NCBI GenBank assembly: GCA_964621445.1
Contig: CAZUNO010000020.1
Location: 1 to 54,547, forward strand
Source: Candidatus Hadarchaeota archaeon
GTDB taxonomy: Archaea; CAYQAE01; CAYVLA01
Direction: 5' to 3'
DNA length: 54,547 nucleotides
A program made the position numbers and the translations under genes. This document shows positions 27,996 through 37,295 of the stretch, piece after piece (within the stretch, counting starts at the first letter, position 1; each line of letters begins with the position of its first letter). The notes under the pieces are model-generated. The model was not told the origin of the DNA and did no database searches. It saw only the letters and a list, made by a program, of their open reading frames with translations.

Positions 27996-29228
27996 CTACC
28001 CGTGTCCTCTTAGTTTCGTGGTCCTTATCGTCTTATATAGTCTCCGCCTAATCATAAGAGTCCAGAGGGCAAATCCGGACACGAAGAGGGCCGAAGAGGA
28101 GACCAGCCATTCGATTGCGTAAACCCATAGCAGGGCCCGATTCTTCTCCCTTCTTGCCACCTCCTCCGCCTGGGCGAAATTTTTGATAGCTGAGCTGATG
28201 ACGCTCTCGCTTTCAACGAAATCATGTTCCAGGTACTTGGCCGCGGCCTGGGAATAGGTTTCCTGGAGAGGTATTATCTCCTCCTCTATTCTTCCCGTAT
28301 TGGCCCCAAATCTATCGATGAAGTCCTTGAGTGATATCAGTACCGCAATTCTTGTCCTGAACTCTGAGAACTGGGATTTAACCCTGTGAAAGACCTCAAC
28401 ATCGTCAATTAGATCAGTGTTCGCCAGCCAGAAAACCATATTCATCATGATTTCCGGCGAATACCTATTCTCACCGGCAACTCCCTTAGGGTATGATAAC
28501 CATCCACCGGGTATCTGACCTCCCATGGTCATGGCTCTGCCATTTCCATACTCCCAACCAGCAAGAAAGGTTTCCTTTTGGGCATAGTTACCGACCTGCC
28601 AAGCGAATTCCTCCGCCCCCTGACGGGGTATTACCAGCCTCGAGACGTGACTTATCTGAACATCTTCGACGCCAAAGGGTATGAACGCTGAGAGAACCGG
28701 GACACGCGCCTCTTCGTTGATATCCACCGAGAAGGAATTCTTGGGAGCCCAACCAACATGATTCGCCGCCACCGTAGGGGCATCATTTGGAAATGCTTTT
28801 GAGGCCAGACCGGAGGCCCATGCCTCCGGTATTCCCGGTATCTGACTGAAAACGCTCCCGTCATTTATTCCTCCTGCACCATCGGATATGCTGTCATGAA
28901 TCCATCTGTCCTGCTTAGGGGTGAAGAGGTAATACGTAGGTTGAGCTAGGATCTGGACGTCATAGGAGCTGAATTCGTCGTAGGTTCTTGGGAAGTAGAG
29001 ACGGATCAACTTGAGAAGTTGGGAATCAGGTAATTTCTTGTCCCTAGTGAGAACCATGGTAAGGTCCACGGCTGGTTCCCCCTGGAACATCTTCTTAAGA
29101 CCGGAAAAGCGAGTGTCCCGTGCCATGGCGATTACTCGGATTTTTTCAGCGCCGCAGCCGCCCGGGATCAATGCGGATGTAATTATAACGGCGAGGACGA
29201 TCCAGCCCAGCGTTCCATCCATGTTCAT
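27996..29228 (-). CDS. 'YFPR/EWLV' family single-pass membrane protein, copy 4
   Basis: KLIRLYFPRTY, KAFPNDA, IPRQGA, WEYGNGRA, DFIDRFGANT, KNRALLWVYAIEWLVSS...LMIRRRLYKTIRTTK. Confidence 0.85.
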   Translation of the reverse strand: MNMDGTLGWIVLAVIITSALIPGGCGAEKIRVIAMARDTRFSGLKKMFQGEPAVDLTMVLTRDKKLPDSQLLKLIRLYFPRTYDEFSSYDVQILAQPTYYLFTPKQDRWIHDSISDGAGGINDGSVFSQIPGIPEAWASGLASKAFPNDAPTVAANHVGWAPKNSFSVDINEEARVPVLSAFIPFGVEDVQISHVSRLVIPRQGAEEFAWQVGNYAQKETFLAGWEYGNGRAMTMGGQIPGGWLSYPKGVAGENRYSPEIMMNMVFWLANTDLIDDVEVFHRVKSQFSEFRTRIAVLISLKDFIDRFGANTGRIEEEIIPLQETYSQAAAKYLEHDFVESESVISSAIKNFAQAEEVARREKNRALLWVYAIEWLVSSSALFVSGFALWTLMIRRRLYKTIRTTKLRGHG

Positions 29229-29369
29229 GGAGATCGGGCCTCTGCTATGGTTTTATGTCATAAATAAATTGCGAGGCATAACCGATCAAGAATCCCAAAA
29301 AGGAGATCAGATAGGAGTTTCTAGGGGATTCCTATAGAAGCAAAGTTCTATTAGGCCCCAGGGGACACA

Positions 29370-30323
29370 ATGCATGTGAGTAGATTCGGATATCAATTTT
29401 CGTTCCTGGCCATATTGATCCTGTCCACAATATTCGGGTGCATGGTTTCAAATGAGGTTGAGTTGATGGATAGGAGGGACGCCATTCCCATTAACGCCTG
29501 TAAGGTCTATCCCGAAAACGACGCCTTACCGCCAATTCTTCACTCCGATGAGTTTCAAGAACCCGTTCCCATGAGCGACCGGATCAACACCGCTGGGGGA
29601 GAAGATTCGCCTTTTATCATGCCAGACGGTCTTACTTTCTACTTTTGGTTCACCCCGAATGTTTCGGTTCCTGTAGAGGACCAGCTCGCAGATGGTGTAA
29701 CCGGGATATACGTGAGCCATAAGGAGAATAGAGAATGGAGTGAACCCAAGAGGGTGATTCTTAATGATGACATCTCCCTCGATGGCTGCCCTTTCGTCCT
29801 AGAGGATAGGATGTGGTTTTGTTCGGCGCGGCCCGGATATACGGGCATGCATTGGTTTACCGCCCGGAAAAGAGGTGGGAAGTGGAGGGACTGGGAGGAG
29901 GTAGATTTCAATCCGGATCATGAGGTGGGGGAATTGCATATCACGGCTAACGGCAGTGGCCTTTACTATCACTCCGACAGGCAGGGAGGAAAGGGAAAGA
30001 ACGACCTGTGGGTAAGCACCAAAGTTGATGGGGAATGGAAAGAGCCAAGGAACCTGGAATCCCTGAATTCGGAACATGATGATAGCCGCCCCTTCGTCTC
30101 CCAGGACGGTAAAGAGATGTGGTTCACACGAACTCATAAGGGGAGTCCTGCAGTTTTTCGCTCTTTCAAGGTAGAAGGAGAATGGCAGGAACCAGAACTT
30201 ATTGTGTCCCAGTTTGCGGCCGAGCCCACCTTGGATGATCAGGGGAATCTGTATTTTGTGCACCATTTTATTGAGGGCGGGAAAATGATCGAGGCCGATA
30301 TCTACGTCGCAAGGAGAAAATAG
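29370..30323 (+). CDS. Secreted TolB/PD40-repeat beta-propeller protein
   Basis: Signal/TM segment; INTAGGEDSPFIMPDG, YYHSDRQGGKGKNDLWVS, LNSEHDDSRPFVSQDG. Confidence 0.8.
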   Translation: MHVSRFGYQFSFLAILILSTIFGCMVSNEVELMDRRDAIPINACKVYPENDALPPILHSDEFQEPVPMSDRINTAGGEDSPFIMPDGLTFYFWFTPNVSVPVEDQLADGVTGIYVSHKENREWSEPKRVILNDDISLDGCPFVLEDRMWFCSARPGYTGMHWFTARKRGGKWRDWEEVDFNPDHEVGELHITANGSGLYYHSDRQGGKGKNDLWVSTKVDGEWKEPRNLESLNSEHDDSRPFVSQDGKEMWFTRTHKGSPAVFRSFKVEGEWQEPELIVSQFAAEPTLDDQGNLYFVHHFIEGGKMIEADIYVARRK

Positions 30324-30410
30324 AAACCCAACTATCATCCAAATCAAGAGAACTGGCCCACCTGCGAGTGCTTAATAGACCTGAGCCGAGTCGCTTTTGC
30401 GGTTATTGAA

Positions 30411-30901
30411 CTGGTGTACAAGAGGAAATCCTGGAAGGAAAAACTGGAGGATAATAAGGATCTACCTAAGACTTTGACACTTGCGGAAAACTTTCCATGT
30501 TACCGAGCGCTGAAAAAGATGGGCGCTGAACCAGGAGATAGCGTGGTATTGGCTCCCCGCTGGAGGTAGATACCGTCATACGGAGGGTTCCGCAGGGGAA
30601 GCTGATAACTCTGAAGGAGATATGTGAAGAGCTGGCAGAGAAGCATGGTACACAATATTGCTGTACCCTGACCACGGGTATATTCGTTATGACCGCTGCC
30701 AACGCGGCCCAGGAAATGAAGGGTGATACAACCTATTGGCGGACTCTCAAGAACAATGGATAACTGAATAAGAAGTTTCCAGGAGGGCTTGAGTGGCATA
30801 GGAGACTTCTTGAACAGGAAGGGCACACTGCTATCAGTAGGGGTAAGAGGCTCTTTGTCGAGAATTATGAGAACAAATTGGTAACCACGCGATATGCTTA
30901 A
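30411..30901 (+). pseudogene. MGMT/alkyltransferase-like (ATL) DNA-binding protein pseudogene
   Basis: Manual: (M)VYKRKSWKEKLEDNKDLPK...VVLAP[frameshift in C4 at 30555-30558]LEVDTVIRRVPQGKLITLKEICEELAEKH...CTLTTGIF...YWRTLKNNG*LNKKFPGG...LLEQEGH; premature TAA at 30761. Confidence 0.8.
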
Positions 30902-30922
30902 AGCAATATTATCTTCGAATGT

Positions 30923-31675
30923 TCATTCCATTTCCTTAATGTAGAGGAGGAATGATCCCAGCCCCAGCAATACCAAGGTTAAGGCAGCGATAACTAGGTA
31001 GGATTCCAGGATGCCCGAGCCTTGATAAGATCCCAAATTTCCCTGCTGAATGAATGAGGAACCTATGCTGCGCAGATAATGTCTAATGGTGAAGTCCTTT
31101 ATCTCTCCGGGTAGAAATCCCACAAATCCCTCCCAGATGAAGGCATAGAAAAGCCCGAAATATAGAACTCTCTTGGTAATCAGGCTTACGGTAAGATACA
31201 GGGGTGAGTAGACCAAGCACCCCATGATTACCAGACCGCAGAACCGTGCGAAGAAATCCAACGATCCCTCCTCTAATCCCGCGAGTCCGAAGAAGGTCAT
31301 GGCCCCGGCCGAGGTAATTATCAGCATGCCAACGGAGACGCAGATAAAGAGGGCGGCGGCGTATCCAAGGTATACTAGACCTCTGTTAAGTGGGGAGGTA
31401 AGGATCATGGTTATGCTCTTTTTCTCGATTTCCTTTCTCATGATGGAAGAACCGTAGATCAAGGGTATCACCAGGAGAAAGAAGGAGAGGACTAGAAGGT
31501 CCAGCATTCCCACCAAGTCTTCCAGCGCGGTCATTTCCTCGAAGATGGCATAGCCCACCACCGAGGATAGTAGAAGGGCGCAGGCTATGGCGATGATCGC
31601 CCTCCTGTTTAGCAGGTTTCTCCTGATCAGATAGGTGGTGATTGCCAGCCAGCCCTGGAGAGTCTTCTTGATCAT
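30923..31675 (-). CDS. ABC-2 type transporter permease
   Basis: About 6 TM segments; EIEKKSITMILTSPLNR loop. Confidence 0.88.
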   Translation of the reverse strand: MIKKTLQGWLAITTYLIRRNLLNRRAIIAIACALLLSSVVGYAIFEEMTALEDLVGMLDLLVLSFFLLVIPLIYGSSIMRKEIEKKSITMILTSPLNRGLVYLGYAAALFICVSVGMLIITSAGAMTFFGLAGLEEGSLDFFARFCGLVIMGCLVYSPLYLTVSLITKRVLYFGLFYAFIWEGFVGFLPGEIKDFTIRHYLRSIGSSFIQQGNLGSYQGSGILESYLVIAALTLVLLGLGSFLLYIKEME

Positions 31676-31676
31676 C

Positions 31677-32594
31677 TCATCCCTCCACCAGATATTGGAA
31701 GACTGCCTCGAGATTATCGTCCAGGCTGTACATCTCGTCTATCCTTTCATCCAAACCGGCCACTATGCGGGGCATGGAGTCGAAGAATACGTCTGGCTTT
31801 GTTATCTCAACGCATATGCCCCCATCCAGAATCTCAATGGAAACCACATACTCCTCGTCTAGAAGTCGCTTGGCAAGTTCTCTCGTGCCCTGCCCTTTGA
31901 TGATTACATTGTGTGGATGCCTGTCTATAAGCCCCCTGATCTCGGAAATATTACCCGAGGCGATGGCCCTTCCCTTGTAAAAAAGAGCGATCCTATCGGT
32001 CATGCGTTCGACCTCCTGCAGAACGTGGGAGCTAACGATTATGTGGAAACCCGAGTTTTCATGCAGTGATCGGATGAGTTCTATGATACTCCTTCTCCCT
32101 AAGGGATCGGTTCCAGCTAACGGTTCATCGAGAACCAGCAGTTTCGGCTGGTGTATGAGCGAGGCAGCAATTTTGATCCTCTGCTTCATTCCCTTGGAAT
32201 ATCCACCGATATCCCTGTCCATGTCCTTGGACATATCTACGGTGCCGGCAACCTCGGCAACTCTGGCTTCCCTGTCCGAAACCCCTTGGAGAGCTGCGAT
32301 AAGTTTGAGGTAATCCCTTCCGGTGGCATCTAGGGGGAGAACATCAAAGTCGGGGCAGAACCCGATCTTGGAGTTTAGAGCGGAATTCTTCCAGGGGTTT
32401 TGGCCCAACACCTCGATACTTCCAAGCCGGGGCTTTATTAGACCCATGACCAGCTTGAAGAAGGTGCTCTTTCCCGCCCCATTTGGACCGACGATTCCGG
32501 TGATACCCGGATATAGATCGAGGTTCAGGGAGTTTAGCCCGATAACATCGCCGTACCATTTCGAGAGATCCCTGGCAGAAATGATGGGTTTCAT
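31677..32594 (-). CDS. ABC transporter ATP-binding protein
   Basis: Walker A GPNGAGKST, signature YSKGMKQR, Walker B LVLDEP, SSH. Confidence 0.95.
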   Translation of the reverse strand: MKPIISARDLSKWYGDVIGLNSLNLDLYPGITGIVGPNGAGKSTFFKLVMGLIKPRLGSIEVLGQNPWKNSALNSKIGFCPDFDVLPLDATGRDYLKLIAALQGVSDREARVAEVAGTVDMSKDMDRDIGGYSKGMKQRIKIAASLIHQPKLLVLDEPLAGTDPLGRRSIIELIRSLHENSGFHIIVSSHVLQEVERMTDRIALFYKGRAIASGNISEIRGLIDRHPHNVIIKGQGTRELAKRLLDEEYVVSIEILDGGICVEITKPDVFFDSMPRIVAGLDERIDEMYSLDDNLEAVFQYLVEG

Positions 32595-33424
32595 TTTCCC
32601 ACCGACCTTAGTGAGACTCTCCAGTAGGCTATTGCCATGGGGGCTACCATTATGGAAACGAGAACCAGCCAGTAAAGACCGGGGTTAATCTCCGTTGGTA
32701 GGCCGTTGCCAAATATCAGATCGTAAGAATATTCGAGTAGATTGAAGGGGTTCGCCAACCTCCAATTCGAATCTATGTTGGAGAAGAGGCCGCTAATGAG
32801 GGAAAAAACGAAGAAAGACATGAAGGTGCCAACTCCAGCATACGCCCTGTTATCGGTGATTGAGGAAAGCATCATTCCAAATCCCAGGAAGAAGTAGGAA
32901 GTCATAGCTCCCGAAAGGGTAGCCAGGCCCAGGACCTCCAGGCTTGCAAGGTAGTCGGACCCCGATTGGGTTGCGATCATCGCCACCCCGAAAATTACAA
33001 CGGGTAGGAGACAGAAGAATGACATTACGATGAACCCCCCTGCTATCTTTCCTATCAGATAATCCCTGGGGGTTATAGGTCTCGAGAAATAGAGGACAAA
33101 TGAGTTGTTTCCCAGGTCTCGTGAGATGAGGTCGGAGGAGACCACGGCCGCTAGAAGCAGGGACAGAATCAGGAAAAGACCTCCTCCGAATATTGAATTC
33201 GGCCCTCCGATCATGGCACTGGTCGTCAGCTCTTGGTGGGGAAGAAGGACCTTGAATATTAGGGGAAAGGCGTGTACCAAAATTATGCCGATGAATAGGA
33301 GAATGAGAACCGCCTTGCTTTTCATTTTTTCCTTGAATATGGCCTTTGTCATGACGAATAAGCGGCGGAAATGCCCGGTTCTATCCCCGGTCCACGGTTC
33401 GTATTCGATGGGACTGACGCCCAT
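32591..33424 (-). CDS. ABC-2 type transporter permease
   Basis: About 6 TM segments; ISRDLGNNSFVLYFSRPITPRDYLIGK; overlaps the next gene by 4 bp. Confidence 0.88.
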   Translation of the reverse strand: MGVSPIEYEPWTGDRTGHFRRLFVMTKAIFKEKMKSKAVLILLFIGIILVHAFPLIFKVLLPHQELTTSAMIGGPNSIFGGGLFLILSLLLAAVVSSDLISRDLGNNSFVLYFSRPITPRDYLIGKIAGGFIVMSFFCLLPVVIFGVAMIATQSGSDYLASLEVLGLATLSGAMTSYFFLGFGMMLSSITDNRAYAGVGTFMSFFVFSLISGLFSNIDSNWRLANPFNLLEYSYDLIFGNGLPTEINPGLYWLVLVSIMVAPMAIAYWRVSLRSVGK

Positions 33425-33425
33425 T

Positions 33426-34346
33426 TCAGTCGCCTCCTATGCTCTTCATGAAGGTATCCTCAAGGGCCGCCTTGTTTTTCATGACCGACCTGATCTGCAC
33501 GGGCTTGCCGGCAACCAGGCGAAGAACGTCACCGCCATCCTTGAGGCCATCCACCACGATTTCAAGTCGTTTAGCCCCAGCTCGCTTTGAAATTATCTCG
33601 TATTCGTTTCCTAATTCAACCAGGAAATTATCCAGCTTTTGGGACTCTCCACGGATTTCGATCTTGTATCTTCCCTCCATGGCCCTGGTAAGCTCCTCCA
33701 CGGATCCCTGTTGCCTGAGTTTTCCCCGATGGATTATCAAAACTCGTTCACAAACCCGCTCTACCTCCGGCAGTACATGGGAAGATACCAGAATCATCTT
33801 GTCAGCCCTTCCGATGTCCTCGATCAGCGAGAGCATCTCCTCCCGGCCCGCTGGGTCCATGCCGTTCGTGGGCTCATCTAGAAGTAAGACCGGTGGGTCG
33901 TGAGTTAGAGCTTGGGCGAGCTTAATCCTCTGCTTCATTCCAGTGGAATACGATCCTATATCCCTGTACCTCTCCTCACCGATACCAACGAAATCCAGAA
34001 CCTCATGGGCCCTTTGGATAGACGTCGCGCTTTTCACCCCCGAGATCTCCCCCATATAGGATACGAGATTAACCGCGTTTACCTCATCAATAAGGCATGG
34101 ATGTTCAGGCATATATCCCACGAGATCCCTGACCCTCATTAGATCATCTCTGGGGTCAAGTCCCCCCACGGTTATAGATCCACCATTAGGTTCAACCAAC
34201 CCCAGAAGCGTCTTGATGAAGGTGCTTTTCCCGGCTCCATTAGGCCCCAGGAGACCTACGGTACCTGGTCGTATTTGGAAGGAGAGATTATCCAGGGCTA
34301 TTGTCCGCCCATAGCGGACGATCAAATTCTCTGCAGCTATCTCCAT
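33426..34346 (-). CDS. ABC transporter ATP-binding protein
   Basis: GPNGAGKST, YSTGMKQR, LLLDEPT, SSH. Start moved to MEIAAENL (34346) because the longer ORF overlaps the upstream gene. Confidence 0.93.
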   Translation of the reverse strand: MEIAAENLIVRYGRTIALDNLSFQIRPGTVGLLGPNGAGKSTFIKTLLGLVEPNGGSITVGGLDPRDDLMRVRDLVGYMPEHPCLIDEVNAVNLVSYMGEISGVKSATSIQRAHEVLDFVGIGEERYRDIGSYSTGMKQRIKLAQALTHDPPVLLLDEPTNGMDPAGREEMLSLIEDIGRADKMILVSSHVLPEVERVCERVLIIHRGKLRQQGSVEELTRAMEGRYKIEIRGESQKLDNFLVELGNEYEIISKRAGAKRLEIVVDGLKDGGDVLRLVAGKPVQIRSVMKNKAALEDTFMKSIGGD

Positions 34347-34431
34347 GTCGGGGTCTTCTCGCATTTTTGCAATTTTCCCCGAGCTTGAGGCAGGATAAAT
34401 CTTTGCCTGATATGGAGCTCTAGATCCCGCT

Positions 34432-36210
34432 TCAGGACCTGGCTGCTGGAGATAGCTCGTGAACCAGAAGCCCAATAACTGCAAAGGCAAGTAAAAGAAA
34501 AGTTGATCCGGATTCCGGTACCCCCTCCAGAGCTCGTATACCTTCTAGGAACCGGATCTCTCCCTTCCGCTGCTGCCCAATTTCCAGGCTACTTCTCGCC
34601 GCGTTAAACTTACGGAGAACGGAGAGCGGTATGAGGCTGTTCCTCGGGTCCGAGAACCCCTCCTCGACCAACGGCCATACCTCATCCAACCCCCGGTTGT
34701 AGGTCTGATTTCTCACGGAAAGGAGCCCGTCGGCCGCATCCTCATAGTTCCCATCCTGGAAATCCGAGACGGCATTTCCAAGGGCTTCGGAGGCGAATGA
34801 AGGGACATCAATCCCGTTGGCCGCAAAACCATCGAGGATGTATCTAAATTCGTTTATCAATGATAATGCCTGGGTGGCCCTAAGGTCCTCCTCCCTGAGA
34901 CCGTAGATGATGCAGGGCAATTCTTCTGGTTCAAGGGTAAGGTTAGGACCGCTTAGCGTTTTCTGGCTCAGGTTCTCGCCTACATATTCTATATTTTGTG
35001 AATCTGACACGATTTTGAAGCCCAACGGGATTTCCAGGCGATGGGTATAGATCAGGCATGAGATATAGCCCTGGGGGTCGACGTAGGGATGGACATCGGC
35101 ACCCGGGTACAACTGGAAGGTAGGAAGATAGTAGGCGTTGGACCCGTTGAAGAATACGTAACGGTCGAAGACCTTGTACATCTTCACATAGGTCTCACGG
35201 TTCGTATGGGCGAAGGGATCCCCGTTATGCTGGTATATCCAGAAAGCTCCATTATGCCTGGTGGCAAACCCCAAATCCCACATGAACTTGCCCAGCTTGT
35301 TATGCGGCCTTAGCCCTGGCATCACCCATCCATTTAGTCCTCGTTCGCGGAAGCTTCTCTGGAAAAATCCAACCCCTTCCTCCCCGGTCTTTCCCTGATG
35401 CTCGATCATATATCCGCCATAGGTAAACTCTGTCCAGGCGGTGACCGGGGCAGTTGATGAGTTGAAAGCGCTGAGTATGGCCCAATGATGCCAGCTGTCA
35501 ACGAAACCCAGAAGCCCCAGGGAGAAGTTGGGATTTATCGAGTGTACGGCCTCTTCGGTCTCCTTGGCCATGTCATACACTCTTTTTTCCAGCCATCGAT
35601 GATAATCACCTAGTAGACCCTGGCCTACAAGCCACAGGTAGCCTCCGTTCTTGTCGAGGGATGGTACCGTGATTCCCGATTCTTTGACAAAGGCATGGAT
35701 GGCGGGGAGGTCATAGCTATAATCAAATCTAAGCATCGCGGCATGGCCGTATAGCTCTATATCCCACACCAATCCCCATATGGGGTAGTAGAGGGATAGA
35801 TTGGCCACCGCTACGGCCGGCTCGTGCATGGTCTTTCGCCACCAGGTCTCGTCGATGGGGGAGGGTGTGTATGGTTCAACGGTTCCGCTGTGGTGTACCG
35901 CGTGGGTATATTCGAAGTCCAGTCTATCCCAGGGAGCGGCGTGATAATAAAGACCGGCGATATAGGTCACGTTATTGGCAGCGGCCTGTAGGCTCTCCTC
36001 TGCAAATCTGTCCAGAACCCGATCAGGGCCCGAGTGAAGCCACCAACTGTTCCTATATTTAGCATCGAAGGAAAAGTTCCCGAGTTCATCAACCGACCAT
36101 GGACCATACATGGCACGGGAAAATGCGAAATCGGTGCTGGATTCTAGGGCTGAAACCGACGGGAAGTAGCAAAGCGCCAAGGTCAAGGCAACTAGCGGGA
36201 AAATCTTCAT
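34432..36210 (-). CDS. Secreted, membrane-anchored hypothetical protein; paralog of 9044..10774
   Basis: Signal peptide MKIFPLVALTLALCYFPSVSA, shared motif blocks with 9044..10774, C-terminal GVPE + TM. Confidence 0.78.
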   Translation of the reverse strand: MKIFPLVALTLALCYFPSVSALESSTDFAFSRAMYGPWSVDELGNFSFDAKYRNSWWLHSGPDRVLDRFAEESLQAAANNVTYIAGLYYHAAPWDRLDFEYTHAVHHSGTVEPYTPSPIDETWWRKTMHEPAVAVANLSLYYPIWGLVWDIELYGHAAMLRFDYSYDLPAIHAFVKESGITVPSLDKNGGYLWLVGQGLLGDYHRWLEKRVYDMAKETEEAVHSINPNFSLGLLGFVDSWHHWAILSAFNSSTAPVTAWTEFTYGGYMIEHQGKTGEEGVGFFQRSFRERGLNGWVMPGLRPHNKLGKFMWDLGFATRHNGAFWIYQHNGDPFAHTNRETYVKMYKVFDRYVFFNGSNAYYLPTFQLYPGADVHPYVDPQGYISCLIYTHRLEIPLGFKIVSDSQNIEYVGENLSQKTLSGPNLTLEPEELPCIIYGLREEDLRATQALSLINEFRYILDGFAANGIDVPSFASEALGNAVSDFQDGNYEDAADGLLSVRNQTYNRGLDEVWPLVEEGFSDPRNSLIPLSVLRKFNAARSSLEIGQQRKGEIRFLEGIRALEGVPESGSTFLLLAFAVIGLLVHELSPAARS

Positions 36211-36362
36211 CCTGAACTCTCCACCAAGGGGTCCTTTGAGACCATGGTAGGTGAATCTTTCCACTGAAAAGGTTTGGGTCCAGGAGATAGCAGTGTCCAG
36301 AAGGGGGGACCGAGAAAGCTTTTATTACCCCATGGACTCCCTGCCTTTCCTCTTTGATTTCC

Positions 36363-37229
36363 ATGTTGGGTCTCGGAGAGGCACTGGCACTTTCGACAGC
36401 TGGGATATGGGCGTCGGCAACCCTCTTCTATAGGATAGCTCTGGCCGAGCTGAGCCCCGTGCGCCTCGCGCTGCTCCGGGCCCTTTCGGCGTCCCTGGCC
36501 TTGCTTGCCCCCTGTCTAATTTTCAGTTTCCCTGAATTGGTTTCGTTGGACCTGCTGAGTTTGGGGTTTGTGCTATCCTCGGCAATATTGATCTCTGCAG
36601 GGGATATCTGCTATTTTGAATCAGTGAAGAGGTCCGGGCTCTGGATAGCGACCCCCCTCTCTTCCGTCTATCCCCTTTTCGTCACCTTGATTGCATATCT
36701 TTTCCTGAAGGAGACGATTACCGAGTCTCAAATTGGGGGAGTGATCTTCATAGTCCTCGGCGTTTCATTAATCGCCAGGAGGCCTAGCGCGGGGGGATAC
36801 GGAGGTGGAGGTCGGATAGGCGCGGCCCTTGCTCTCATCGCAGCAGTCTGGTGGGCGCTGAGCCTGGTGACCCTTCGAATTGCCCTTCTCAAGGCACCCG
36901 TGCTCCCCATCGTTACTGTGAGGATGATTCTTGTAAGCGCCGTTTTGGGACTGATGTCGGTAACCAGGAATAATTTTGAAATTCGTTTTCCGGTTTCCCG
37001 GAGAATGCTTTACGTGGCCTTGATTTCGGGGGTGTGGGGTATAGGCTTCGGTTCATTTCTCTTTTTCTCCTCCATGGACCTTATCGGAGCCGCCAAGGCC
37101 ACGGCGATATCCGCGACATATCCACTGTTCACGGGACTGCTGGGGACTTTGATTCTGAAAGAGAGGATGACCATGGGTAGACTCGCGGGGGCCATTTCGG
37201 TTACTGCGGGCCTTGTTCTCTTAGTCTGA
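36363..37229 (+). CDS. DMT/EamA family transporter
   Basis: About 10 TM segments in two repeats, each ending PLF..L...LKE. Confidence 0.92.
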   Translation: MLGLGEALALSTAGIWASATLFYRIALAELSPVRLALLRALSASLALLAPCLIFSFPELVSLDLLSLGFVLSSAILISAGDICYFESVKRSGLWIATPLSSVYPLFVTLIAYLFLKETITESQIGGVIFIVLGVSLIARRPSAGGYGGGGRIGAALALIAAVWWALSLVTLRIALLKAPVLPIVTVRMILVSAVLGLMSVTRNNFEIRFPVSRRMLYVALISGVWGIGFGSFLFFSSMDLIGAAKATAISATYPLFTGLLGTLILKERMTMGRLAGAISVTAGLVLLV

Positions 37230-37295
37230 GTGACCCAGAATCTTGCCCAAGGATAGATATTTGCATATGGTGAATCTTGGTAATTGTGACAGGCC

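Noticed and set aside
29252-29264. TTTATG-T-CATAAA palindrome upstream of YFPR copy 4
   Set aside because: It is short, AT-rich, coincides with the likely TATA box, and is not shared with the other copies.
30761-30763. Stop-codon recoding in the ATL gene
   Set aside because: The stop is TAA, the gene also has a frameshift, and all other genes read normally in the standard code.
33426-34490. 354-aa version of the ABC ATPase
   Set aside because: The N-terminal extension overlaps the upstream gene's 3' end; the domain begins at MEIAAENL (34346).
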